Shown: positions 18,860 to 28,044 of the stretch, piece by piece
Numbering within the stretch: position 1 is the stretch's first letter
Layout of the letters: every line of letters starts with the position of its first letter
Virus record (IMG/VR): IMGVR_UViG_3300048691_000224
Direction: 5' to 3' (one strand)
Source: a virus
Lineage: Duplodnaviria; Caudoviricetes
DNA length: 64,000 bases
Translations under genes and position numbers: made by a program
Notes under the pieces: model-generated
The model's database searches: none
Told to the model about the DNA's origin: nothing
The model's input: the letters and a program-made list of their open reading frames with translations, nothing else

Positions 18860-19852
18860 ATGCGCGGTTTAAAAATAAGAAGTGCTGATACGCTAACCGA
18901 CTGGTCGGTCGGTATTGCCAATCTCGCGGGCGCAGGTACTGTTAAAGAAGCCCTAGATACCAAAATCTCAGCTGACGGAGGAACGTTTGCGGGAACCATT
19001 CACGTTCCGGACAACGCTGTAGATCTTACCGCAGCGGTTAACTTGGCACAAGTAGAGAATTTGGTGGCCTCCTTCGGTGGCACCACCGCTCAAATAACCA
19101 ATAAAATTATCAACCCAAACTTTACGATTGGCCAGCGGTGGGGAGTTCCATTGGTGGTTACATCAGGAACCTGGGGACCTGGATATCGCTACTTTGATAT
19201 GTGGAAGGCTGGGTCCAGTGGATGTACATATTCATTTGACCCTACAACACATACGATCACAATTTCAGCAGGAACCTTGGTCCAAGTTATCGACGGCATC
19301 AACCTCCGCAGTGGACAACATACACTGTCGTGGAATGGTACGTCACAAGGACGAGTTGATTCTGGCTTGTATGGAGCATCTGGTTTGATAGGCACCGCCG
19401 TCGGTGGCGTTAATCAGGCGGTTGAGTTTGGTGTAGGTACACTATCGGATGTACAATATGAGGAGGGTACCTCTGCTACCTTATTTTCACCTAGGCAGTA
19501 TGGTGCTGAGTTAATGTTGTGTGAGAGATATTACCAAACTGGTAATATTTGGTATGAGGCATCTGTAATAGCTGGGAATTATTATAACCATAATGTGCAG
19601 TTCCGAACACAAATGCGAGGGTACCCTACAATATACTTCGGAACTGCATACCAAGAACAATCTCCATTGGGTCAATATACTTTCTACCAAAATCCTTCGG
19701 TGGGGTATGGGGAATATCCAATGACAGTTACAAGTGTATATGGTACATATAGTGGGGGGAATTCCACAGCATTCCGAGTGCAGATGTACGCCCTAGAGAA
19801 TTCACCAACAGCATATGTCGAATATGATTATATGGCGGCTTCGGATATATAA
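18860..19852 (+). CDS. Tail fibre protein with carbohydrate-binding-like domain
   Basis: TATAAATA at 18825; anchor shared with 13708; NKIINPNF...QR, VQYEEGTSATLF...ELMLCERYYQ. Confidence 0.8.
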   Translation: MRGLKIRSADTLTDWSVGIANLAGAGTVKEALDTKISADGGTFAGTIHVPDNAVDLTAAVNLAQVENLVASFGGTTAQITNKIINPNFTIGQRWGVPLVVTSGTWGPGYRYFDMWKAGSSGCTYSFDPTTHTITISAGTLVQVIDGINLRSGQHTLSWNGTSQGRVDSGLYGASGLIGTAVGGVNQAVEFGVGTLSDVQYEEGTSATLFSPRQYGAELMLCERYYQTGNIWYEASVIAGNYYNHNVQFRTQMRGYPTIYFGTAYQEQSPLGQYTFYQNPSVGYGEYPMTVTSVYGTYSGGNSTAFRVQMYALENSPTAYVEYDYMAASDI

Positions 19853-19858
19853 TTAATT

Positions 19859-20254
19859 ATGTACAAATTAACATCTCCTCCTTCAACTACAATAATTAGA
19901 ATTGCAGATGGTGCGTTCATTCCAGCAAATCCTGAGAATCCAGATTACTCAGCGTATTTGGTGTGGGTATCTGAGGGCAATACTCCTCAACCCGCCACAA
20001 CCTTCTCTTCCATCATCCCTGCTGAAGTCACAATGCGGCAAGCACGACTAGCACTACTAGAGGCAGGGCTGCTAACGACTGTAGAAACGGCCATTGCATC
20101 AATGTCGGGGCCTGTTGGGGAAGCAGCTCGGATTGAGTGGGAATATTCATCGACGATGAAGCGAACTCAACCGCTGGTACTTGCGCTCGGGGCTCAATTG
20201 GGACTATCGGAAACTGATCTCGATAATTTGTTTCTATCAGCTTCCCAAAAATAA
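19859..20254 (+). CDS. Tail fibre assembly chaperone-like protein
   Basis: IIRIADGAFIPANPENPDYSAYLVWVSEGNTPQPA plus a C-terminal module shared with 13154. Confidence 0.75.
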   Translation: MYKLTSPPSTTIIRIADGAFIPANPENPDYSAYLVWVSEGNTPQPATTFSSIIPAEVTMRQARLALLEAGLLTTVETAIASMSGPVGEAARIEWEYSSTMKRTQPLVLALGAQLGLSETDLDNLFLSASQK

Positions 20255-20258
20255 ACTG

Positions 20259-20286
20259 TTGACTTCTTCGTTAAATAGGGTATAAT
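20259..20286 (+). promoter_or_regulatory. Sigma70-type promoter carrying only the left operator half-site
   Basis: TTGACT-N16-TATAAT, with ATAGGGT before the -10. Confidence 0.8.
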
Positions 20287-20292
20287 CGCCTT

Positions 20293-20910
20293 ATGTTTAA
20301 TAGAATCAAACAATACATCAACAAGTTCACTGTACGCCGAAGGGAAACTTCGCCAAGTATCAGTGAACTTGTTATATTTGACGGTGATCAGACTCCTCCT
20401 GATACGTTCACGCGACTGTACCGACCAAACCAAGCCCACTGCAAGTATATTTGGGTCACTGTCACTACCATTCCGAGAGTAGTAAAGCACACCTCTGTAG
20501 AAGTTATCAAACCTTCATCGGTTGGCAAAGAGGCTACAGACACACAAATCGCGCTTTCGGTGTTTAATTCGTTGACCACAACTCCAAACATCACTAAAGT
20601 CTTTATTGTATCATCTGATGGTGATTTCATTGATGTCATAATCAATCTCTCGAGGTATTTTCCGACCATTAAATTTGTACTCGTTGATGATCAAAAGCAT
20701 CCAACATCAAAGGCATCTGGAATTGCTCGGCGAACACTTTCACTACGGTTCACAAATTGTAGTGTGGTTAGACTCAAGAGATCACAACCAAAGAAACTCT
20801 CACCCCCACTGGAGAATATAGAGTTACCTAACTCTCACCAGACTACAACCGCAAAAGGAACAAATGCAAGAAACCCAAGACCCCCGCAAAATAGCGTACG
20901 CCCAAATTGA
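20293..20910 (+). CDS. NYN/PIN-like ribonuclease-domain protein
   Basis: FDGDQ, GKEATD, IVSSDGDF acidic motifs. Confidence 0.75.
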   Translation: MFNRIKQYINKFTVRRRETSPSISELVIFDGDQTPPDTFTRLYRPNQAHCKYIWVTVTTIPRVVKHTSVEVIKPSSVGKEATDTQIALSVFNSLTTTPNITKVFIVSSDGDFIDVIINLSRYFPTIKFVLVDDQKHPTSKASGIARRTLSLRFTNCSVVRLKRSQPKKLSPPLENIELPNSHQTTTAKGTNARNPRPPQNSVRPN

Positions 20911-21106
20911 AGCAAAGTTGCACGAAATTGCAGTGCTGTACGCTGAGGCTGAGATAATCGCAGACAAAGCGGGAGTATCATTCAGCACATCTGGCCCATC
21001 ATATGGAATGGGTGGATACTACCAACCTAAAGCTAACCCGACCACAGGTTGGTCAGCCTCCGACGATGATGAGACTGGTTGGGTTTCTTCTAGCAACAAC
21101 TGTTGA
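20864..21106 (+). CDS. Small protein ending GWVSSSNNC, paralog of 2804..3151
   Basis: RBS AAAGGA; helical N-terminus, GPSYGMGGYY, acidic W/S-rich Cys-terminated tail. Confidence 0.75.
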   Translation: MQETQDPRKIAYAQIEAKLHEIAVLYAEAEIIADKAGVSFSTSGPSYGMGGYYQPKANPTTGWSASDDDETGWVSSSNNC

Positions 21107-21378
21107 ATATGCACCAAATTAGCATCACTGATCTGATAGCTCAGCTTGCTGGCGCAACCATGTACGTCAATGACAGTGGTGGATTGGGGCCAATGATTGA
21201 CTATAGAAACGTCGTCGTATCGCTGATTAGCATAACAACTGGAAAACCCGCGGTTGATGTCCAAACAGAACTCACTGCAGCCAGTACCAAACACTACGCA
21301 GACTTATTGCGGAACCACAACAGCAACATTAGGAGCGAGTTGAACCCATTCGTTCCTCACACACGATCAACTGAATAG
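21103..21378 (+). CDS. Hypothetical protein
   Basis: ORF track; operonic packing. Confidence 0.5.
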   Translation: MNMHQISITDLIAQLAGATMYVNDSGGLGPMIDYRNVVVSLISITTGKPAVDVQTELTAASTKHYADLLRNHNSNIRSELNPFVPHTRSTE

Positions 21379-21396
21379 ACACTTGCTGATACTACT

Positions 21397-21729
21397 ATGC
21401 ACTTTTTGACAAACCCACTAGCAGACCTATTATACTACAACCAGAAGGATATTCTACAAACACAAGCGCTAGATGATCACCACCGCCGACAAAAATTCTG
21501 CGAAAATGATAAAAGCATTTGGCGGAAGTATTTTTTACTAAAAGAAATTCATCCTGATGACTTGCATGCACTCAATCGTGGATTCGAGAGTTGCTGGGTG
21601 ATACTATCTGAGGTCGATGATTTAATTATTGGCTCTCGCAATTGCAATCAATTGGTATTGAATACAATCCGGCACACCACAGGCGGAATTGAGTTTATCA
21701 TTCCCAAATTAGAATACAAGACAACATGA
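21397..21729 (+). CDS. Hypothetical protein
   Basis: ORF track; ATGA overlap with the next gene. Confidence 0.55.
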   Translation: MHFLTNPLADLLYYNQKDILQTQALDDHHRRQKFCENDKSIWRKYFLLKEIHPDDLHALNRGFESCWVILSEVDDLIIGSRNCNQLVLNTIRHTTGGIEFIIPKLEYKTT

Positions 21730-22313
21730 TCCACACGACACCATCAGAAATTGCTCGCTACTTGGCAGACAACTTCACGGGATCCACTGACAGAGCAATT
21801 GTGTTGATGGTTGGGATACCTGGTTCTGGCAAGACGACAATTATCAATCAAATCATCCCAGAATATTACAAAATGCTCTCGGATAGTGACCAAGCGGTTG
21901 GGCTTACGGCCGTCAGTACTGATGCTATAATTGAACAGCACGGTGTCGATAATAACTTAAACTACAGTGAAGCATTTGAAGTAATAGACAGTAAACTAGT
22001 CACCACGTTGTTTAATGATATGTTACTCAGCTCAACAAACAGCCGCGAGAATATTATCATCGACCAAACGAATGTGGGAGTCAAATCCCGCAATCGAAAA
22101 ATCCGACACATACAGAACGCAAATTCTTGCTACAAACCAATTATTATCTGCGTATCACCCCCGTCTAGGTTTGAGTTGGAACGACGGTTGCAAGCTCGGA
22201 GCACCGAGACAGGTAAACACATTCCCGTCTCAGTGATTGATCAGATGACACGCGACTTTACAGGACAGTGCCCTGAAGATATCTGTCAAACGTGGTTTGA
22301 AATTATTAACTGA
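21726..22313 (+). CDS. P-loop kinase (AAA_33/polynucleotide kinase-like)
   Basis: Walker A MVGIPGSGKTT, VSTDAII, IIIDQTN, lid R..AR...IP. Confidence 0.85.
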   Translation: MIHTTPSEIARYLADNFTGSTDRAIVLMVGIPGSGKTTIINQIIPEYYKMLSDSDQAVGLTAVSTDAIIEQHGVDNNLNYSEAFEVIDSKLVTTLFNDMLLSSTNSRENIIIDQTNVGVKSRNRKIRHIQNANSCYKPIIICVSPPSRFELERRLQARSTETGKHIPVSVIDQMTRDFTGQCPEDICQTWFEIIN

Positions 22314-22324
22314 AATGCTTACAC

Positions 22325-22654
22325 ATGAATCCTCTACTCAACATTGTTTACATATCCAATCGCTCTGAAAACTCAATGCCCGTCATTGCACGAGGACTCA
22401 AGCTTGGAGAAGAGTTTGGTGAATTTTCAGAAGCACTCCTCCACTCTCAAGGTTTATTGCCGCACAAAGAGATGAAGGAACCACTAGTAGGGGAGGCTGC
22501 AGATGTTATTATTTGCACACTCGACGCGCTAGCTGGCGCCCATCCAGATTGGGCGCCTGAATATTTGATCGACCGGTTGAACGAACAACTAGACAAGAAG
22601 TCAGATAAGTGGTTGCGTGTAATGAGAGCACTTGCAAATGAAACGCGCACATAA
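22325..22654 (+). CDS. MazG-like nucleotide pyrophosphohydrolase
   Basis: KLGEEFGEFSEA...GEAADVII. Confidence 0.8.
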   Translation: MNPLLNIVYISNRSENSMPVIARGLKLGEEFGEFSEALLHSQGLLPHKEMKEPLVGEAADVIICTLDALAGAHPDWAPEYLIDRLNEQLDKKSDKWLRVMRALANETRT

Positions 22655-23261
22655 GAAACGCGGTGAGGGTAACAAGTTTCGTGTCCTCGCACTAGATTCT
22701 GCAGGTAATCCCAGGAAATGGTTGGATCCTAAAACAGCCATCGGATACTACGCCAGTGGGAAAGTCGCTTGGGAGTACGGCACGAGCTCATACACGATGG
22801 TTGGAGGTACTCAAGCTAGCACTGGTCTGTTAAGTACAATTACTACACGAGGTATAGTCGCGATCAAAGGGCACCCAGGATTCTCGACCAGAGGGTCAAA
22901 TCGTCCACCACCTGTTACCAAATCACTGTTATTTGCACGAGATCAGTACACCTGTGCATACTGCTGCAACAAGTTTCGAGCAAATCAATTAGAGCAGGAA
23001 CACATCGTCCCTGATTCTCGTAACGGAAGCAGAAGTTGGGCCAATTTGGTAACCTCCTGCATCTCTTGTAATAACTTTAAGAAGAATCGAACCCCAACAG
23101 AAGCGGGGATGGTGTTAAACTATCAACCTTACGTCCCATCTTTCCCTGAATCGTTACTGTTGAGCAATCAACACATCATGCCCGATCAATATGAACTATT
23201 GATCACTAAGGCTAAAAATTTCATAACCTACCCTAGACCCGTTCCATTAAATGAACACTGA
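22638..23261 (+). CDS. HNH endonuclease (McrA/HNH_5-like)
   Basis: LFARDQYTCAYC...EHIVP.SRNG...WANLVTSCISCNNFKKNRTP. Confidence 0.9.
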   Translation: MKRAHKKRGEGNKFRVLALDSAGNPRKWLDPKTAIGYYASGKVAWEYGTSSYTMVGGTQASTGLLSTITTRGIVAIKGHPGFSTRGSNRPPPVTKSLLFARDQYTCAYCCNKFRANQLEQEHIVPDSRNGSRSWANLVTSCISCNNFKKNRTPTEAGMVLNYQPYVPSFPESLLLSNQHIMPDQYELLITKAKNFITYPRPVPLNEH

Positions 23262-23799
23262 CTCCACAATTAACCCCCAACTCAACAATGTCTTCACAGA
23301 CATGCAACAGCTCGTAGAGGATCGAACCGCCGGCATCCGACAAACTGAGTCGGTATATGCACTTGATGAACACAACGTCCATTCGATTTCATACACCGTC
23401 CCTATCATAATTGAGGGGCACAAAGTATCCTCTGTTAAACACGCCCTAGTGTTGCTCAAAGCGATCTTTGCGCGTGACGAGAAAGCACTGAAAGCAATCG
23501 GCGGTGCGTATAGCTATCAAGCTGCTGCTGATATTCACATCAATAACTTCAAAGCAAACCACTGGAAGGCGGTCGAGAGCCGTTGTATCCAACTAGCGAT
23601 ATCGTTAAAATACAAACAGCACCCGAAACTCGCTGAGAATCTCAAGTTCACAGGAGTGAAGAAAATTGTATACACTGGTTCTGACACATATCTGACCTGT
23701 GGGCTCCACATCAAGAGTGATAATATCTTTTATCCTCAATTCTGGAGTGGTGCAAATGTACTTGGTAAAGCGCTTGAGTATCAAAGAAAATTACTATAA
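23251..23799 (+). CDS. NADAR (YbiA/DUF1768)-like protein
   Basis: W..V...I..AISLKYKQHPKLAENLKFTG...W.GANVLGKAL. Confidence 0.7.
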   Translation: MNTDSTINPQLNNVFTDMQQLVEDRTAGIRQTESVYALDEHNVHSISYTVPIIIEGHKVSSVKHALVLLKAIFARDEKALKAIGGAYSYQAAADIHINNFKANHWKAVESRCIQLAISLKYKQHPKLAENLKFTGVKKIVYTGSDTYLTCGLHIKSDNIFYPQFWSGANVLGKALEYQRKLL

Positions 23800-24659
23800 T
23801 GACACACCACCAAACAAAATATATTAAACTAATGAGTGACCTACACCTAGACAGTGATAGGTCACTCCAGTTGTGGGAACCAACTGCGTCAGAATCAGAT
23901 GGTGAAACAATCTTGGTGATTGCGGGCGATATCTGGAATGGTACTGAGTTCATAACATCTGGATGGTTGGGAAAATTAGCGTCCCGCTATTTTCACATCA
24001 TTTTGGTATTAGGTAACCACGACTACTGGCATGCTGATTTGTATACTCTACCGAACAAGGTTCGGTCAGCACTAGTGGAAGTTGACATCAATCACGTCAC
24101 TCTGTTGGATGACGACAGCATCACAATTGATGGGGTTTTATTCTTGGGTTCGACTCTCTGGACGAGCTATGGTGGTGGGGATCCCCTGGTACTATATAAT
24201 GCACAACGAACGATGATTCCCGACCACACCCTCATATCAGCAGGATTGTCGGAACACTATGCACGCAATCGAGTCTCAGCTCAACAGTTGTATCACGTAC
24301 ATTGCACATCCAAAGATTTCATATTCAGCACTTTGAGTAACCAAGTTGATGCAGAGCTCAGAGCGCGGGTCGTAGTGACTCACATGGCTCCTAGTTGGAG
24401 TAGTGTAGATAAAAAGTACCACAATGAGGGGTACGTAAATTTCTACTTCTATTCAGAACTAGGTGAAGAAATCGCCCTGTGTGCTGCGGACTTGTGGATA
24501 CACGGTCACGTACACAATGTGTGTGACTATACAATCGGTGATACACGAATCATGTGTAACCCTCGAGGATATCCTGGAAGTGAACGGCAAAATGGGTTCA
24601 ATGATCAAATGTTGATTGTAATCGACGAACTATCTAACACAAGAAAGGTTGGTGAGTGA
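23799..24659 (+). CDS. Calcineurin-like metallophosphoesterase
   Basis: SDLHLD, AGDI, LGNHD, VTHMAP, WIHGHVH, CNPRGYP. Confidence 0.93.
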   Translation: MTHHQTKYIKLMSDLHLDSDRSLQLWEPTASESDGETILVIAGDIWNGTEFITSGWLGKLASRYFHIILVLGNHDYWHADLYTLPNKVRSALVEVDINHVTLLDDDSITIDGVLFLGSTLWTSYGGGDPLVLYNAQRTMIPDHTLISAGLSEHYARNRVSAQQLYHVHCTSKDFIFSTLSNQVDAELRARVVVTHMAPSWSSVDKKYHNEGYVNFYFYSELGEEIALCAADLWIHGHVHNVCDYTIGDTRIMCNPRGYPGSERQNGFNDQMLIVIDELSNTRKVGE

Positions 24660-24922
24660 TGAAAGATTTATTAGAATTGAGAGCGAAAATAGTTGATGAG
24701 TTGAACTCAGCACAAAGTCACCACTATTATATTACCCACATATCTGGCCAGTATACAGAAGAGGAATTTGCGTGGAGCTCTGCTACTGTGGGTAACTTCC
24801 AGGATGTGCTTGAGTTGATCGACTATCAATTGGAGAGTGCTATTGATGAATGCAATTTGATACTCGACGCACTAAGTAATGAGCGGCGAGGAAATATTGA
24901 CGAGTTAATTTATGAACATTAA
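24656..24922 (+). CDS. Hypothetical protein
   Basis: ORF track; overlaps both neighbours. Confidence 0.55.
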   Translation: MMKDLLELRAKIVDELNSAQSHHYYITHISGQYTEEEFAWSSATVGNFQDVLELIDYQLESAIDECNLILDALSNERRGNIDELIYEH

Positions 24923-25823
24923 ACCTATTACCGAAGGTGGTGCGGCCACAAGCTCTTACAACACCATGAGAGCTACCAAGACTGATATAACTAGCGCACT
25001 CAAAAATGTCGCACGTGTGCTAGATATTCCATTATCTACACTCAAAGCAAATCTATTGGGTAGCACCGAATTAACCCTACTTGGTAAACAAGTCGATTCG
25101 GGTGACATCGATATTGCATTTAAAAAGTCTGACTCTGATATGCAGCAGTTGGATCAGAAGATGATGGCGGCGGTAGAAGGTAGAGGGAAGCTTTCAGCCG
25201 GCCTGGGTGTAGGGTCATATGCCGTTGAGACCACACCTGGTAGGTACGTCCAAGTCGATCTGATGTTCGTTGATAACACAGACTGGGCAAAATTTATGTA
25301 CCATTCTGAGTTTGGCGCTGGTAGTGAATATAAAGGAGTCATCCGCAACCTGATTCTCGAGGCCGTCTGTCGCCACTCTCAACAGCAAGGTGATATCATC
25401 GTCAAAGATGCTGATGGTAATCTGATTGCTCGTGGATCAATGGGAATTGATTCCAATAAAGGAATGAAGCGAATCTTCAAAATTGCGCTGGTAAACAAAA
25501 GGACGGGTTTGAGAAACAAATCATTGACCGCCGTCACCCCAGCAGAGTTGAAGGCGGAGTTGGTTGCACTTGATCCAAAATATGGCGGTAGTGAAATCGA
25601 GTATGCTGACAAGTTGATAGATGACTCTTCAAAAGTGACAGAAATCTTGTTTGGTGAGGGTGTGCTACCAGGCGACATTTCATCAGCAGAAAAACTCATC
25701 GCTGTCATAGCGAAGACTAGCAAGATTTCAAAAGCACAAAAATCGGTAATCGCTCGTGATGCAATTTTGACGCTCGAACGCCGTTCCCTCCCAGTTCCAC
25801 CCACCCTACTTGATTTGAAATAA
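24912..25823 (+). CDS. Pol-beta-like nucleotidyltransferase-fold protein
   Basis: LLGS...SGDIDIAF and YVQVDLMF provide the three acidic metal ligands. Confidence 0.75.
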   Translation: MNIKPITEGGAATSSYNTMRATKTDITSALKNVARVLDIPLSTLKANLLGSTELTLLGKQVDSGDIDIAFKKSDSDMQQLDQKMMAAVEGRGKLSAGLGVGSYAVETTPGRYVQVDLMFVDNTDWAKFMYHSEFGAGSEYKGVIRNLILEAVCRHSQQQGDIIVKDADGNLIARGSMGIDSNKGMKRIFKIALVNKRTGLRNKSLTAVTPAELKAELVALDPKYGGSEIEYADKLIDDSSKVTEILFGEGVLPGDISSAEKLIAVIAKTSKISKAQKSVIARDAILTLERRSLPVPPTLLDLK

Positions 25824-25834
25824 GGAAAAATCTA

Positions 25835-26185
25835 ATGGCGCAATTAAGTCCTGCATTGATCACTGCTATATTGAACGGCGAGACAGTTCAGAGAGAGTAC
25901 CAAGGTGGGTGGATCGATCTACCTTCGGGGCCCACTCTAACTCACACTACGACATTCTGTGAGGGATTGGCTGATTATTTCATACCACTCCGAGCCAAAC
26001 CTAGTGGATTTGAAACTGATACGTACAAAACACGCGACTTTATACTCAATAACAAACAAATCCTAACGTGGAATGATCATTCCACGTTCACTCAACACGA
26101 GCTTGAGGCTGAATTTAAACGAGATGGGTTTGAGTTCAGGTGGATCAGTCAGACTGATACTAAAGTATACGAGGTAATCACATGA
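25835..26185 (+). CDS. Hypothetical protein
   Basis: RBS TAAGGA; ORF track. Confidence 0.6.
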   Translation: MAQLSPALITAILNGETVQREYQGGWIDLPSGPTLTHTTTFCEGLADYFIPLRAKPSGFETDTYKTRDFILNNKQILTWNDHSTFTQHELEAEFKRDGFEFRWISQTDTKVYEVIT

Positions 26186-26523
26186 GTACATACAACCCAG
26201 ACCGCTGGGTAATTGTCAAAATTCACACTGCTGAGGGGGAGTTACATCATAGAATATTAGCTACCTGGTATGGTGGATATACAACTGGAGCGTCGTGGAA
26301 ATTATCCTCAGGGGTAACAGGTATCAGAGAGACGGAGTTTCATTATGAGATCAAAAACACATCTGGGTCACTATACATCTGTCACAAGCAGGGACTGGGC
26401 ACTAGTGCATATTCCCAGGGAATTTTTGATACCTATAAGTCAAGAATGACCGATCAGGATATTTTTGAAATTGTTTCTACTACACTGGACCCTCTCGGTG
26501 GATTGCCTGTTGACCTTACGTAG
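26182..26523 (+). CDS. Conserved myophage hypothetical protein
   Basis: YNPDRWVIVK...WYGGY...SWKLSSG...SGSLYIC pattern. Confidence 0.7.
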   Translation: MSTYNPDRWVIVKIHTAEGELHHRILATWYGGYTTGASWKLSSGVTGIRETEFHYEIKNTSGSLYICHKQGLGTSAYSQGIFDTYKSRMTDQDIFEIVSTTLDPLGGLPVDLT

Positions 26524-26553
26524 ATTTGGGGTATAATAGACCCTAAGAGCAAG
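26510..26553 (+). promoter_or_regulatory. Early promoter with dyad operator (copy 4)
   Basis: TTGACC-N16-TATAAT; TTGGGGT-ATAATAG-ACCCTAAGAGCAAG. Confidence 0.9.
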
Positions 26554-26572
26554 TAAACACGGGAAATTCAAA

Positions 26573-26893
26573 ATGTCACAATTCAAATACTCATACGAAA
26601 CTGAAGCTCAATTTGAAGCGCGTAAAGCACAAGATGCTGCAGAAATGAAAGCAATTGCAGACCGTAAATCAGCATTCTATTCCGAAATGCGCGCAGTGAT
26701 GGAAAAGTACGGCGCAGAGTTTGATGTGCGCGTATCGGCCCGTGATTACTACACATCTGTAGATGGAATTGATATCTCAATCAAACAGTTTGAGTTTCAA
26801 CGTGAGGGTGAGTGGTGTTGCGCGTTCCCTAAGGAAGACGAGTTTTCTACAAATATCACCGCGGAAGATATGGCAACTGTAATATTTAAGTAA
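26573..26893 (+). CDS. Early hypothetical protein
   Basis: Follows promoter copy 4. Confidence 0.65.
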   Translation: MSQFKYSYETEAQFEARKAQDAAEMKAIADRKSAFYSEMRAVMEKYGAEFDVRVSARDYYTSVDGIDISIKQFEFQREGEWCCAFPKEDEFSTNITAEDMATVIFK

Positions 26894-26901
26894 GGTACCG
26901 C

Positions 26902-27120
26902 ATGGAAAAAGAACTGGTAAAACTGAACCCAGTTAATGGGAGTGACCCCATGTTCTTTCGATGTGAATTTGAAGGTAGCAAACTTAGTGGGTACGGGGCG
27001 CTTGTACAGCTTGTGGTAGATCTCAGGAATATGTGTGATGTGTATGATGTTAATATCGCACAAATTCCGAGGGAGCTTCCAAACGCCGAGTTGAGTGATT
27101 TCCTAATTAATGAAAATTAA
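26902..27120 (+). CDS. Hypothetical protein
   Basis: RBS TAAGG; ORF track. Confidence 0.55.
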   Translation: MEKELVKLNPVNGSDPMFFRCEFEGSKLSGYGALVQLVVDLRNMCDVYDVNIAQIPRELPNAELSDFLINEN

Positions 27121-27133
27121 TTACAAATAATCG

Positions 27134-27177
27134 TTGACTCGGTCCAAATTTAGGGTATAATAGACCCTAAGAGCAAG
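27134..27177 (+). promoter_or_regulatory. Early promoter with dyad operator (copy 5)
   Basis: TTGACT-N16-TATAAT; TTAGGGT-ATAATAG-ACCCTAAGAGCAAG. Confidence 0.9.
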
Positions 27178-27201
27178 CGAATGACAAGAAGGAAATTCAA
27201 A

Positions 27202-27579
27202 ATGACAAAATCTGAACGATTAAAGCAACTAACACAATCAACGGTGATTTGTACGATGGTGGGTGGTAGTGCACAAGAGGACTTTGATGCATTGGTAGAT
27301 TCTTTGTTGAATGCCGGATGGCGCTGGCAGTCGGCCAGTAATTGCCAGGTGTTGGAAAAGGGTCCACAAATCATAATCCGCCCTAAGATTGCGCGAGTGC
27401 GTATTGGGAAATTTTCACACACAAGTACAAAATATACATTAGATTGGGTTGACGAAGATGGCACGCCACGTAGTTCGGGTGGGCAAGTTAGCGATCTGAA
27501 GCCCATCAGTGATAGTTCTACAGGTTTGCAGCTCAGGATGATTAATGGTGCTGTGTTACGATACCAGACATACGATTGA
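27202..27579 (+). CDS. Early hypothetical protein
   Basis: RBS AAGGA before ATG 27202; follows promoter copy 5. Confidence 0.6.
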   Translation: MTKSERLKQLTQSTVICTMVGGSAQEDFDALVDSLLNAGWRWQSASNCQVLEKGPQIIIRPKIARVRIGKFSHTSTKYTLDWVDEDGTPRSSGGQVSDLKPISDSSTGLQLRMINGAVLRYQTYD

Positions 27580-27666
27580 TCCACATATCACTTAGTCACG
27601 TGGTGGACACAAATCTACCCAGCAGTTTGAGAATTTGATTTCACTTAAAACACTTAAAATATAACG

Positions 27667-27710
27667 TGGACTCTATATAAATTTAGGGTATAATAGACCC
27701 CAAGAGCAAG
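27667..27710 (+). promoter_or_regulatory. Early promoter with dyad operator (copy 6)
   Basis: TGGACT-N16-TATAAT; TTAGGGT-ATAATAG-ACCCCAAGAGCAAG. Confidence 0.85.
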
Positions 27711-27729
27711 TTAACTAGGAGTTTGCATC

Positions 27730-27990
27730 ATGACTTACACAGAGACACTAGCAAATTTATACAAGGTAAAATTCCAACACGCTACTATCACAGAGTGCGA
27801 TTATGCAATTCGTGATATAGACGCTACCTTAAAGTTGTACATTCATGAGGATATTAGCCATCACTATGTAGCCAAACTGTATGCCGAACGTGATGCAATT
27901 CTGGAGCGTAAAATGGTACTGTCGCGTAAAATACGTCAAGCAACAGAGGTCCTTGAAGCTTGGCAGCAAGTTGTTAAGACCAATACTTAG
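27730..27990 (+). CDS. Early hypothetical phage protein
   Basis: RBS TAGGAG; CDYAIRDI...L..E.D.I pattern. Confidence 0.65.
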   Translation: MTYTETLANLYKVKFQHATITECDYAIRDIDATLKLYIHEDISHHYVAKLYAERDAILERKMVLSRKIRQATEVLEAWQQVVKTNT

Positions 27991-28044
27991 TCCACGGCGT
28001 ACCGATCCTCAACAATTAATTACTCAACTAACATTCTAAATTAC

